From: an uncultured Chloroflexia bacterium
GTDB taxonomy: Bacteria > Chloroflexota > Limnocylindria > Limnocylindrales > CSP1-4
Direction of reading: 5' to 3'
DNA length: 64,000 nt
Assembly: GCA_963813535.1 (NCBI GenBank)
Contig: CAWEZH010000002.1
Location: 1,536,001-1,600,000, forward strand
Made by a program: the position numbers and the translations under genes. Below, piece after piece: positions 50,031-60,442 of this stretch (its first letter is position 1; each line of letters begins with the position of its first letter). The notes under the pieces were generated by a model that was not told the DNA's origin, searched no databases, and saw only the letters and a list, made by a program, of their open reading frames with translations.

Positions 50031-50695
50031 CGATCCAACCCCGCCGTGCGACCGGTTTCGCGCGCGGCATCCCTGGCCGTCTCCGCGGCGGCATCAGCTT
50101 CCCGTTCCGCGGCGAGCGCCTGGCGCAGGGACTCACGGGCTCGTGTGAGCAGGGCCCGCGCCGCCACGTGGCTCACGCCCAGGGCTGCAGCGAGCTCGAG
50201 CCCCGTCAGGTCGTGGAGCTCGGCGAGCAGCAACGCGGCGCGCTGGCGCTCCGGGATCCTGGCGAGTGCCCGCTGGAGATCGCCGGACAGGCGCGTGTCC
50301 ATGACCAGATGCTCGGCAGAGGGTGCGGATCCACGCGACTCGCCGGTCCACGGCAGGAACCGGACGATCTTGCGTCGGCGGATCTCGTCGAGCGCGACAC
50401 GATGGGCGATCTGGTACAGCCACGCCCGGGCGTTCTCGGGCTTCTCGAGCGTGTCGTAGTTCTTGTACGCCTTGACGAATGCGTCCTGCGTCATGTCCGC
50501 GGCCACCTCGCCGTCGCGCATCATGCGGAAGAGGTATGCGTAGATCTCGCCGTGGTGCTTGGCGAACAACTCTTCGATGAAGGCGCCGGCCTCGTCGCGA
50601 TCCCAGACGCCGCTCATGGCGCGGCCCCGGTCGAACCCGATGGCAGGGCGGCCGAATGTGTCGTGGATCTTCGTCGTGGATCGGTCGATGGCCAC
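50027..50695 (-). CDS. ECF (sigma-70 family) RNA polymerase sigma factor
   Basis: A.D.TQDAF.KAY, AWLYQIA....LD..RR, IPERQR.ALLL, ELAAALG. Confidence 0.93.
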   Translation of the reverse strand: MAIDRSTTKIHDTFGRPAIGFDRGRAMSGVWDRDEAGAFIEELFAKHHGEIYAYLFRMMRDGEVAADMTQDAFVKAYKNYDTLEKPENARAWLYQIAHRVALDEIRRRKIVRFLPWTGESRGSAPSAEHLVMDTRLSGDLQRALARIPERQRAALLLAELHDLTGLELAAALGVSHVAARALLTRARESLRQALAAEREADAAAETARDAARETGRTAGLDR

Positions 50696-50813
50696 GGTCG
50701 CTCCGGGCGGGCTAGATCAGGGAACGCACGGTGGGGGGTACGCACGCTCGATGCGCCAGAGACGAGGCATCTCCCCCCGTTGTGACGCTCATCGCGCCCA
50801 GGCCCGGCCCACG

Positions 50814-51815
50814 TCAACCCGATCCACCTCCCTCGGGACCGGCGCGGCCGAGTAGCTCCTCCACCGCGTCCTCCGGTGAGACGGGGTTCACGGGGAGGCC
50901 GGTTCCCAACTCGAGACCGGCGATCTCACGCAACCGAGGATGGATCTCCCAATGCCAGTGATAGGTCCCGTCGACCTGCTCGCGGAGCGGCGCAGTGTGG
51001 AGCACCAAGTTGTAGGGCGGTCCGTCGAGCGCACGTGCGAGGTTAGCGAGGACCTGTCGCAGGGCCTCGGCCGTGGCCTTGATATCGGCGCTCGTGGCGC
51101 GCGCGAAGTCGGCGTCGTGCCGGCGGGGCACGATCCAGATCTCGAACGGCGAGCGCGACGCGTACGGGGCGAAGGCCACGCTGGCGTCGTCCTCCCAGAC
51201 GAGCCGATCCGAGCGCACGGTCTCTTCCCGAACAAGCCGGCAGAACGGACACTCCCCCTCGCGGATCACGAACCTCGCCGCCCCGCCCAGCTCCTCGGCG
51301 ATGCGGTGCGGGATCTGCGGCAAGTCGTAGAGGTCCAGGCAGAGGTGATTGGTCCTGGCGCCGGCCTGGATCCCCCAGTTCTGGACGACCGTCAGGTACT
51401 CGGTCTGCGGGTCGTTCTTCGCCTCGGCAAGCGCGTCGCGAGCACCGGTGATCAGCCCCTCGATCAGGTCGGTGCCGACGGTATGGAGCGGTCGGTGCTC
51501 GGTCGTCGGGGCGATGACGGTGCGCCAGGAGCCGGTCGCGCGCGCCTGCGCCAGCGACACCTGGGCGAGCCCGTGCTCACGATCGAGCTCGCGGGCCTGG
51601 TCGTCGGTACCGACCACATGGAACGCGAATTCCTTGAGCATGCGCGTCCGAACGCCGTCACCCGGCACGGCGCAGTTGCTGCAGCCGAACAGGCGGTCGT
51701 CGACCGGTTCGGCCGCCCGTGCGAAGCGATCGCGGTGGAACGCCCGATCGACCACCGTGGCGACCCACCAGCTCGTGATCGGATCCTTGCGCAGCTCGAA
51801 CAGGCCGCTCGCCAT
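50814..51815 (-). CDS. GalT-like (HIT superfamily) nucleotidyltransferase with atypical active site
   Basis: ELRKDPIT..WV, QNWG..AGA, CPFC, PYASR.PFE.WI.P..H, YHWH.EI.PR....AG.ELGTG...NPV.PE; HxHxQ replaced by HLCLD. Confidence 0.8.
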   Translation of the reverse strand: MASGLFELRKDPITSWWVATVVDRAFHRDRFARAAEPVDDRLFGCSNCAVPGDGVRTRMLKEFAFHVVGTDDQARELDREHGLAQVSLAQARATGSWRTVIAPTTEHRPLHTVGTDLIEGLITGARDALAEAKNDPQTEYLTVVQNWGIQAGARTNHLCLDLYDLPQIPHRIAEELGGAARFVIREGECPFCRLVREETVRSDRLVWEDDASVAFAPYASRSPFEIWIVPRRHDADFARATSADIKATAEALRQVLANLARALDGPPYNLVLHTAPLREQVDGTYHWHWEIHPRLREIAGLELGTGLPVNPVSPEDAVEELLGRAGPEGGGSG

Positions 51816-51821
51816 GGCCGG

Positions 51822-52559
51822 TCAGTCGCTGATGAGGGGCGCGTCGATCACGCCGGCGAACGCTCGGGCGAAGATCCAGGCCGCACGCTCCACGGTCTCG
51901 GTGGTCGGCGGCTCGTCGCTGCGGCCGACCTCGCGGGCGATCGACGTCGACGTCACGCCCGGCATCCCGCACGCATCGATGAGCGCGAAATCGTCGAGGT
52001 CGACGCTGACGTTGAGCGCGATGCCGTGATAGCTCACGCCCCGCTCCACGCGAAGTCCGAGCGCCCCGATCTTGCGAGGCTCGGGCCCAGCGGCGTCGCA
52101 CCAGCAACCCGGGTGACCGTCGCGGCGAGCCGACTCGACGCCCAACGCCCGGCACGTCTCGACCAGGGCCGCTTCTAGGGCGCGGACGAACGGCCGGAGC
52201 AAGAGGCCGCGCTCGTGCATCCGGACGATGGGATAGGCGACCAGCTGACCCGGGCCGTGGTAGGTGACCTCGCCGCCGCGCTCGATCCGCTGGACCTCGA
52301 TGCCTCGAGCCGCGAGTTCCTCGGTCGTCGCCAGGATGTGCGCCGGGTCGGAGTTCTTGCCGAGGGTCAGGACCGCCGGGTGTTCGAGCAGCAGCAGCTG
52401 GTCCCCGATGCGCGCGTCGGATCGGTCATCGACGAGCCGCTTCTGGAGCGCGTGCGCCTCGCGGTAGTCGATGCGACCGAGCCACCTCGCGCGCAGCGGC
52501 GCCATGCGTTCGGAGGGCGCGCGCAGCGGGGTACCCGGATCGATGAGAGAGGCCTCCAC
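51822..52559 (-). CDS. lipB: Lipoyl(octanoyl) transferase
   Basis: LLEHP.V.TLG, RGGEVTYHGPGQLVAYPI, KIGALG, HG.ALNV, CG. Confidence 0.95.
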   Translation of the reverse strand: MEASLIDPGTPLRAPSERMAPLRARWLGRIDYREAHALQKRLVDDRSDARIGDQLLLLEHPAVLTLGKNSDPAHILATTEELAARGIEVQRIERGGEVTYHGPGQLVAYPIVRMHERGLLLRPFVRALEAALVETCRALGVESARRDGHPGCWCDAAGPEPRKIGALGLRVERGVSYHGIALNVSVDLDDFALIDACGMPGVTSTSIAREVGRSDEPPTTETVERAAWIFARAFAGVIDAPLISD

Positions 52560-52720
52560 GCCCGCACGATAGCAGGGGTACGGCCCGATCCCGGCGGGCC
52601 GCCCGGGTGACCCAGTGGTACCGGCCCGGGACCGCCGACCGGGTCGCTGCAGATTCGTTACGAAACGGGTAGGTTACCCGGGCTCACCGTCACGACACGA
52701 AGATCGGATCCACCTAGCGA

Positions 52721-52939
52721 ATGTCTGCCTACCTTCTGCGCCCGCGCTCGTCGATCGCCGACCCGGAGCTCGCACGAGCCGCCACGGTCGACCTGCCCAC
52801 GGGCCGATCGATCCCCGTCTCGGTCCCACGTCCCCCCCAGGCACTCCTCGACGCCGTCGCCTCCCTGCGACGGCCAGCCGAGCCGGAGATGCCGATCGTG
52901 CTCACGCTCGCGCCCGTCCCTGCTCGCTCCCAGCGCTAG
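52721..52939 (+). CDS. Small hypothetical protein
   Basis: Fills the gap between lipB and the hydrolase gene with plausible codon usage; no recognisable motif. Confidence 0.35.
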   Translation: MSAYLLRPRSSIADPELARAATVDLPTGRSIPVSVPRPPQALLDAVASLRRPAEPEMPIVLTLAPVPARSQR

Positions 52940-53723
52940 CCCCTGGCGCGGCCTGTGCGCGACGGATCGGCGCGACGGTCGCGATCGGGTCGTTCAGCAG
53001 GAAGTCCAGGATGATCGCGTTGCAGAGCGCTGCCTTCTCCTGGAGCAGGAAATGCGACGTCCCCGGGACGATCGCCAGCTCGGCATTCGGAAGCGCGCGA
53101 TAGAAGTCGAGCGCGTGCTCGAGCGGGGTGATGTCGTCGTCGGCGTACATCACGAGGGTCAACACCTCGAGGGCGCTGAGGTCCTGGACGCTGAGGCGCG
53201 GTTCCCTGGAGCTCAGCTCGAAATCCTTTCGGACGACGACCGGGAAGTGCGCCTCGCCGTCGGGTGACACCTCGCCATAGGTCTTCCCGAGGAAGGCCAC
53301 GGTCTGCGCGACCATGTCGTCGATCGAGCGACTCTGCGCACCGACATCGGCCTCGATGTCGTAGCCGCCGCTGATCTCGATCAGCTTCCGGACGAGCTCA
53401 GGACGCCGCAGCGCAAGCATGAGCGCCACCGCCGCGCCGATGCTGTGGCCGAGCACGTGGGCCGGCCCGCCGGCGACCCGCTCGATCAGCTCGGCGACGT
53501 CGGTCGCGAACGATTCGAGCGTGAAGGGACCAGCGCGGTCGGCCGTCCGGCCGTGCCCCCACAGGTCCGTCGTGATGACCCGGTAGTGCTCCGCCAGCGG
53601 CGCGACATTGTGCTCGAAGAAGCGCGCGTCCACGGCGCCGCCATGGATGAGCACGAGCGCTTCGCCCTGCCCCTGCTCGTCGTACCAGATGCTGCCGTTG
53701 GTGAGCTCGATGTAGCCGGCCAC
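52902..53723 (-). CDS. Alpha/beta hydrolase
   Basis: LVLIHGG, D..GHGRT, GHSIG nucleophile elbow, DDD, PGTSH. Confidence 0.92.
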   Translation of the reverse strand: MAGYIELTNGSIWYDEQGQGEALVLIHGGAVDARFFEHNVAPLAEHYRVITTDLWGHGRTADRAGPFTLESFATDVAELIERVAGGPAHVLGHSIGAAVALMLALRRPELVRKLIEISGGYDIEADVGAQSRSIDDMVAQTVAFLGKTYGEVSPDGEAHFPVVVRKDFELSSREPRLSVQDLSALEVLTLVMYADDDITPLEHALDFYRALPNAELAIVPGTSHFLLQEKAALCNAIILDFLLNDPIATVAPIRRAQAAPGASAGSEQGRARA

Positions 53724-53781
53724 GCCCGAATGGTATCGGCCGGTGCTATCGAGGCTCAGCCCACTCCGGCATGCACACCGA

Positions 53782-56700
53782 TCAGGTCGACGGTTCCGCC
53801 GCCGGCTCGAGGGTCGTGCTCCTCCGCCCGATCCGTGAGACGCGCACCTTCAGACCGTCGATCAGCGAGTACACGGCAGGGATGACGAGCAGGGTCAGGA
53901 ACGTCGCACTCAGGAGTCCGCCGATCACCACGGTCCCGAGCTCCGCGGCGATGATCGAGCCCTCGTTGAAGCCTGCAGCGAGGGGCACGAGCGCGAGGAT
54001 CGTGGCGATCGCGGTCATGAGGATGGGCCGGATCCGTGTCCGGCCGCCCTCGATGAGCGCGTCCTTCGTCGAGTGGCCGTCGGCACGCAACCGCTCGACC
54101 AGATCGAGCAGCACGATGGCGTTGGTGACGACGATCCCGATGAGCATCAGGAACCCGATGAGGGCGCTGAGCCCGATGGGGCGGTTCGTGACCAACAGGG
54201 CCGGGAAGGCACCGATCGTCGCGAGCGGCAGCGTGAACAGGATGACGAACGGGGTGACGAGCGAGTTGAAGGCGAGGACCATCATCAGGTAGACGAGCAG
54301 GATCGCGACGCCCATGGCGGCGAAGAGGCCGCCGAACGCTTCACTCTGCTGCGCCGTCACGCCGGCAAGCTCGACCTGCGCGCTTGGCGGGATGGTGCCG
54401 TCGGCGCGCAGGTCGTCGATGACGCCCTGGACCGCGACCGACGTCGCGCCCGTGTCGCCGCTGGTGATCTCGGCCGAGATCGTCGCCGATGGGGCCTCGT
54501 CGATCCGGGTGATCCGTCCCTGGACGTCGGCCTGATCGACATCGGCGACGGTGTCGAGCGGGACCTTGCGCGTCATGCCGACGGGCAGATCGCGCAACGC
54601 GTCAACGGACGTGACGCTGGCGGGATCGACGCGGACGACCAGGTCGACGGGATCCGCGTCCTCGAGCTGCACGCGACCGAGTGTCTGCGGCGTCAACGCG
54701 TTGCGGACTTCACCGCCGATCTGGGCGGCGGTAGACCCGACACCGATGGCGCGACTCGGATCGACTCGCACCTGGACCTCCGGAGCGGCCTTGACGAGAT
54801 CGCTCGACAGGTTGGTCAGACCGGGCTCCTGCTCGAGTGCCACGAGGACGGCGTCGGAGGTCTCGGCGACGACGTCCGCGTCCTCGGCGCTCACGATCAG
54901 GCTGAGACCGTTCGAACTGAAACCACCCTGCTGCCCGACGGTCACTTCGAAGCCGTCGGTGCTCACGGGTGCCAGCTGATCGGCGAGCTGCTGCGTCTTC
55001 GCCTCAAGGTCGACCGACGGATCGAGGCGCACGATCATCCGGGCGCTGTTGGCGGCACGACCCTGCTGTGCGGCGAGGACGGTCTGGAAGCCGGTGTCGC
55101 CTTCGCCGGGCACGGTCGTGGCGACGAGGTCGACATCGGGGTCGGCCAGGAGGATCTCTTCAGCCTTCGCGGCCTGCTCGAGGACCTGCTCGGAGCCGGC
55201 GCCGGTCGGCGGTGCGACGGTGACCTGCAGGATCTTCTCCGAGCCCGAATCGATGAACGAGGTCGGGAGGAGCGGCACGAGTGCCAGCGAGGCAACGAAC
55301 AGCACCGCGGCGACGACGACCGTCCCGACTCGGGTCCAACGGTTGCGAAGCACGACCCGGATGGCCGGGTCGTACAAGCGCACCCAGAACGAGTTCTTGG
55401 GTTCACCGGTCTCGTCCACGGCGCCACTGACGTTCTTGACCAGGAAGTACGCGAGGACGGGGACGACCGTCAATGCCACGACGAGCGATGCGAGCAGCGC
55501 GAACGTGACGGTCAGCGAGAAGGACAGGAAGAACTGGCTGACGAACCCGCCGGCGAACCCGAGTGGCAGAAAGACAGCAACGGTGGTGAACGTGCTTGCG
55601 GTGATCGCGCTGGCGACCTCGCGCGGCCCCTCGATGACAGACGTCATCCGGTCGTGCCCGAGCGCCCGATGGCGATAGATGTTCTCGAGGACGACGATCG
55701 AATCGTCCACCACGCGCCCGATTGCCACCGCCAGGCCGCCGAGGGTCAGGATGTTCAGGGTGATCCCGGCGGCCTGCATGATCACGAGCGCTGCAAGGAT
55801 CGAGAGCGGGATGCTGACCGCCGCGACAAAGGTCGATCGCACGTTGGCCAGGAACAGGAAGATCGTGATCACGGCGAAGACGGCCCCGAGACCGCCCTCG
55901 CGCAGCAGCCCCTCGCTCGATTCGAGGATGAAGGACGACTGATCGGCGATGGTGACGATGGCGATCTCGCCGGGGTGACGCAGCGCGATCTCGTCGAGCT
56001 TGGCCTGGACCGCCTCGGCAACGGCGACGGTGTTGGCGGCGCTGGTCTTGCTGACCGAGATGGTGACGGCCGGTTGGCCGTTGGTTCGCGCATAGCCGGT
56101 CGTCGCGACGTCCGCGAGCTCGACCGACCCGAGATCGCCGATGGTGATGGGCTGGGGCACGACCGGGGTCGGGGGTGTGGTCGGGGTGGTCGGCGTCGTC
56201 GGGTGGTCGGCGTGGTCGGCGTGGTCGGGGTGGTCGGCGTCCGGACGCCGACGACGAGGTCCTCGATCTGCGCGACGGACTCGAAGCGACCGATCGTCGA
56301 TACCGGGATCTGCTCGCCGTCGACCGACAGCTGGCCACCCGGCAGCGTCAGGTTGTTGGCCTGGAGGATCCCGGTCACCTGCTGGACCGAGACGCCGGCC
56401 TCCGACAGCTTGTCTGGGTCCAGCGTGATCTCGAGTCGTGTCTCCAGGCCACCCGCGAGGTCCGCCGATGCGACGCCCGGGAGCGAGAGGATCTCGGGGA
56501 TGAGCTCTGTCCGGGCGATCTCGGCAGCCTGGTCCAGGCTGGTCTCGCCCTGGGCCGAGACCGAGGCGACGACGACCGGCGCCGCGTTGAAGTCGAAGGA
56601 GCCGACGGTCGGCTCGACGCCGTCGGGCAAGGGCGTGCTGCGGAGGTTCTCCTCGATCGTCGCGACCGCCTCGTCGAGGTTCGTGCCGTAATCGAACTGG

Positions 56701-56981
56701 GCGACCGCGAATGCGAGCGAGTTCGCCGACGTGGTCTGCAGCTGGGTCAGGCCGGGCACGCCGCTCATGGCCCGCTCGATGGGCTTGGCCACCTGCTCGG
56801 TCACGTCCGACGCGCCGGCACCGGGATACGGGGCGATGACCGAGACGACGGGGAACGAGACGTCGGGCAGGAGCTCCTGCTTGAGGCTTCCCCAGGCGGC
56901 GATGCCGGCGATGAAGAAGGCCGACGCCAGGAGGAGGGTGACGCTCCGCCGTGCGACGGCGAATCTCGTGAGGCGGCTCAT
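53782..56981 (-). CDS. RND (AcrB/SwrC-like) efflux permease; frameshift near 56200 inside a (PTT)n repeat
   Basis: ELLPD...P, YPGA, AIGRVVDDSIVVLENI, GIVVTNAIVLLD, R.RPILMT; joined from ORFs 55869..56981 and 53782..57051. Confidence 0.92.
56160..56254. repeat. Imperfect 9-bp tandem repeat (CCGACCACN on the minus strand) encoding a Pro-Thr-Thr linker
   Basis: Roughly 9-10 units; one unit is 1 nt short and causes the frameshift. Confidence 0.8.
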
Positions 56982-57472
56982 TCGGTACTCCTGGGGGTGT
57001 CAGAGGGAAGGGCGGAGGCGTCGACGGCGCGGCCCATGATCCGGGCGGCACGCACGATGACCTTCAGCTCGGCGTCGGTCATCGCGTCATACAGCGCACG
57101 GAGCTGGCGGGTGCCGAGCTCACGCAGCTGCTCGAGGCGCTCGAGTCCGAGGGCGGTGACGGAGACGTGGACCTGGCGCCGGTTGGCCGGGTCGTCGACG
57201 CGGCGCAGCAGGCCCAGGGCGACCAGGTGATCGACCGACCCGCTGGCGGTCGACACAGTCACGCCGAGTCGCTGGGCGATGTCGGACATCGTCAACTCGC
57301 GAGAGGCGGTGACCACGTACAGCAGCTTCGCCTGGGCCATCGTGATGTCGAGCGCCGCGAAATCGGGCGCATGAAGGCTCATCAACCGCCGCTGGAGGTC
57401 CTCGAACGCGTCGAGCGCGTTCTGCACCGCGGGGCGCACGTCAGGATTCGGCTTGACCATACTGTTCGGCAT
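56978..57472 (-). CDS. MarR-family regulator
   Basis: ITMAQ.K.L, MSDIA.RLGVT.ST.SG.VD.LV..GLL.R..DP.NRR.V. Confidence 0.92.
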   Translation of the reverse strand: MPNSMVKPNPDVRPAVQNALDAFEDLQRRLMSLHAPDFAALDITMAQAKLLYVVTASRELTMSDIAQRLGVTVSTASGSVDHLVALGLLRRVDDPANRRQVHVSVTALGLERLEQLRELGTRQLRALYDAMTDAELKVIVRAARIMGRAVDASALPSDTPRSTE

Positions 57473-57496
57473 TTCCGTAGTGTTTGGGATAGCCGA

Positions 57497-57525
57497 ATGA
57501 TGGGGAGTCGCCGAAGAAACGTCAA
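57497..57525 (-). promoter_or_regulatory. Sigma70-type promoter of marR-RND
   Basis: TTGACG-N17-CATCAT followed by two imperfect TTCGG...CCGAA-like palindromes (candidate MarR operators). Confidence 0.6.
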
Positions 57526-58847
57526 CTCACCCGAAGGTCCTGGGTCGTCCGGTGCTCTTCGGTGGTCGGGAGATCCTCAGTGATCGGCAGATCGCGGATG
57601 CTGTGGGGATCCCGCAGACCGAGGAGATACCACGTCTCCATGTCGCCTTTGCCCTTGATCGAAACGTTCCCCCGAGGCTCGCAACGGAACTCATCCTTGA
57701 GCAGCTCGTACGTCGCGCGCGTGATCTGGATGCGTCCGGGCGTTCCGTGCGACTCCATCCGGCTGGCGGTGTTGACCGCATCCCCCCACAGGTCATAGAG
57801 GAACCGCTTCCGGCCGATGACGCCGGCCACGACGGGGCCTGAATTGATCCCGATCCGGAGCTCGAGGCCGAGGTCGCCCATAGCCCCGACCGTCGTCATG
57901 CCGTCCAGCATGTCGAGCGCCATGAGGGCGAGCGCCTGGGCGTGATCCGGCCGAGGCGTCGGCACGCCCGCAGCCACCATGTAGGCGTCGCCGATCGTCT
58001 TGATCTTCTCCAGCTGGTATCGCTCCGCCAGGGTGTCGAAGTGGCTGAACAGGTGGTCGAGCAGACCGACGACCTCGGCCGGCGAGAGGTGCTCCGACCG
58101 TGGCGTGAAGTCGACGACGTCGGCGAACAGGATCGATGCCGCGGTGAACTGGTCGGCGATGGTCTCGGGTTGGGCCTTCAGCTTCTCGGCGATCGAGCGG
58201 GGCAGGATGTTGAGGAGCAGGTTGTCGGCCTTGGCCTGTTCGCCTCGAAGCGCGAGCAGCGCGTCCTCGCGCTGCTTTGCGAAGAGCGCGAGCAATGTGA
58301 AGACCATCGTCCCGCCGACCGTGATGTTGAGTGCCAGCATCGTGCTGAGGAACCAGGCCGGCAGCGTCGTGGTGATGCCGGACGCCTCGCCGACGATGCC
58401 CGACCCGAGGAAGACGACCAGGAAGGCGACGTACCAGCGGACGCCCGATCGCGTGTCAGCGAAGACGAGTGCGCCGAGTGGGGCGATGATCCCCCACAGG
58501 CCGACGCCGCCGGACGCAAGGAAGCCTCCCAGCGGGATCATCGAGATCGTCGGCGCGAGCACGATCGCCAGGAGCTGCACACGCAGCAGATGCGTGACGT
58601 TTCGCGTGCGTGTGAAGACGACGATCCCGCCCACGACGATCGCGAAGTACAGGTAGGCGATGTAGCCAGCCTGAGTCCCGAACGCCAGGTAGAGCGTCCC
58701 CCAGATCAGCGAGATCGGCAGGATCAGGACGCAGATCAGCAGGAGGAGCGCCTTGCGGAGGCGGGTCTCCTCGTCGTCCTCGGGGTCGGCACCCACCTGC
58801 GCCAGCCGTGCCAGCGCGGTGTCGATCAAGGTTCGAAGGGACGTCAC
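57522..58847 (-). CDS. Membrane-bound class III adenylate/guanylate cyclase
   Basis: About 6 TM; LLLNILP, LFADVVDFT, KIKTIGDAYM, RIGINSGPVVAGVIG, YDLWGDAVNTASRMES. Confidence 0.94.
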   Translation of the reverse strand: MTSLRTLIDTALARLAQVGADPEDDEETRLRKALLLLICVLILPISLIWGTLYLAFGTQAGYIAYLYFAIVVGGIVVFTRTRNVTHLLRVQLLAIVLAPTISMIPLGGFLASGGVGLWGIIAPLGALVFADTRSGVRWYVAFLVVFLGSGIVGEASGITTTLPAWFLSTMLALNITVGGTMVFTLLALFAKQREDALLALRGEQAKADNLLLNILPRSIAEKLKAQPETIADQFTAASILFADVVDFTPRSEHLSPAEVVGLLDHLFSHFDTLAERYQLEKIKTIGDAYMVAAGVPTPRPDHAQALALMALDMLDGMTTVGAMGDLGLELRIGINSGPVVAGVIGRKRFLYDLWGDAVNTASRMESHGTPGRIQITRATYELLKDEFRCEPRGNVSIKGKGDMETWYLLGLRDPHSIRDLPITEDLPTTEEHRTTQDLRVS

Positions 58848-58958
58848 CGCGCGAGGATATACACCGGGCACGAGACATTCACGAAATCGTCAGGCTGCCG
58901 AGCGCGAGCGATGCCGAGGCGATCGAAGCCGTGATGCGCGGCAGACTCCGGCTGGTTC

Positions 58959-59408
58959 CTAGAGGCGGCGGCGGTACTGGATGAACCCAGGGCGCTCGGC
59001 GAGCGTGTCGTACAGCGCGCGGGCGGTCGCGTTCGACTCGTGCGTCAGCCAGTACACGCGGCTCGCGCCAGCCGCCCGGGCCTGTTCGCACACCGCCTCG
59101 ATGAGGGCGCGACCGGCTCCCAGGCCCCGCGCCTCAGGCGATGTGAACAGGTCCTGCAGGTAGCAATAGTCGCCGATCGTCCACGTCGTTCGATGGAACA
59201 GGTAGTGGACGATGCCCACCAACCGGCCGTCGATGAACGCGCCGAGCACATGCATCGGCTCGGCGGGGTCGTGCAACCGTCGCCAGGTCGTTTCCGTGAC
59301 ATCGGCAGTCACGGCAGTCTCGTAGAAGGTGAGGTAGCCCGACCACAGCGGCTCCCACGCCTCGCGCTCATCGGGCCGCAGCGGGCGGACGTCGATCGGC
59401 CGCTTCAT
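58959..59408 (-). CDS. GNAT N-acetyltransferase
   Basis: W..LW.GYL.FY, YLQDLF...ARG.G.GRALIE, YWLT.ESN..ARALYD. Confidence 0.92.
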   Translation of the reverse strand: MKRPIDVRPLRPDEREAWEPLWSGYLTFYETAVTADVTETTWRRLHDPAEPMHVLGAFIDGRLVGIVHYLFHRTTWTIGDYCYLQDLFTSPEARGLGAGRALIEAVCEQARAAGASRVYWLTHESNATARALYDTLAERPGFIQYRRRL

Positions 59409-59500
59409 GTCATCGCTCAGTCTGCGCTAGCGGACGAAGAAACCGGGTGGAGCACCGCTTGGCGATACCACGGCCTCTCGATACACTGCCATCCTGCCGA

Positions 59501-59576
59501 GCGGGAGTAACTCAGTTGGCAGAGTGTCTGCTTCCCAAGCAGGATGTCGCGGGTTCGAGCCCCGTCTCCCGCTCCA
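59501..59576 (+). tRNA. tRNA-Gly (anticodon CCC)
   Basis: Acceptor stem GCGGGAG/CTCCCGC, anticodon arm with TTCCCAA loop, GGTTCGAGCCC T-arm, encoded CCA; 76 nt. Confidence 0.97.
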
Positions 59577-59697
59577 AGCCCCTCCATCGTGGGGGCGTGT
59601 CGAGTCCCTAGCCGTCCTGGCTACGGTCCCACTGGATAGGTCGTTTCGGCCCTTCTGGGTCATGGTGGGTCCCGGAGCGCGAGCGCAGTCTCGGGTC

Positions 59698-60378
59698 ATG
59701 ACGATCGACCCACGTGGCGAGGCGTTCCTCAACGAGCGTCTCGCGACCGCCTACATGCTCCCCGTGGCGGATCTGGCCGTCGGTCGGCGGTTCGCGCCGA
59801 AGACCGACTTCATGTACATCGCGCCGTCGCCCCGGCACGCCGGTGGCTGGCCCGGCCCGGTATGGCGCGTCGGTTCGCTCGAGGGTGTACGCACCCAGTA
59901 CCGGTGGCTGGTGACGGCCGACGCGCTCGTCCCCCTCGAACGGCTCGAGCCGTGGGAGTCGTTCGGGCCCAACGGTCGACGGGTCGTCGACATCATCGAG
60001 CGCCTCTATCGATTCGATCCCAATGACCTCATCCGCGTGCGCCGACGGCTGGGCGACGGTCGGCGGCGGCCGATCGCGCGAGCCAGGATCAAGGTGCCGG
60101 CCGGCATGCAGGCCGGGTCGCCGGAGACCGCGATCCGGGGGTTGGTCCTCTGGGCGGCCGAGCGGTTGGATCCCGAAGCGGTCGCCGATGCGTCGTGGGA
60201 GAACGGATATCAGGGCGATCCGCGACGCCTTGGATCGCCCATGTGGGAAGGCCTCCTGACGATCGCGAACGACGCGGCCGCCGGCCTGTTCGTCGATGCC
60301 GACCCCAAGAAGACCGCGCGGCTCGAAGGTCGGTTCTGGCGACTCCTCGAGGCGACCGCGGCGCAAAAGGGCTCCTGA
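59698..60378 (+). CDS. Hypothetical protein
   Basis: 226-aa ORF with reasonable codon bias; no motif recognised. Confidence 0.6.
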   Translation: MTIDPRGEAFLNERLATAYMLPVADLAVGRRFAPKTDFMYIAPSPRHAGGWPGPVWRVGSLEGVRTQYRWLVTADALVPLERLEPWESFGPNGRRVVDIIERLYRFDPNDLIRVRRRLGDGRRRPIARARIKVPAGMQAGSPETAIRGLVLWAAERLDPEAVADASWENGYQGDPRRLGSPMWEGLLTIANDAAAGLFVDADPKKTARLEGRFWRLLEATAAQKGS

Positions 60379-60442
60379 CCGGCACACGCCCGCGACACGA
60401 GGCGGCGGCGGTGGCACGCTTGTCGCCGACAGGAGGTGTCCG

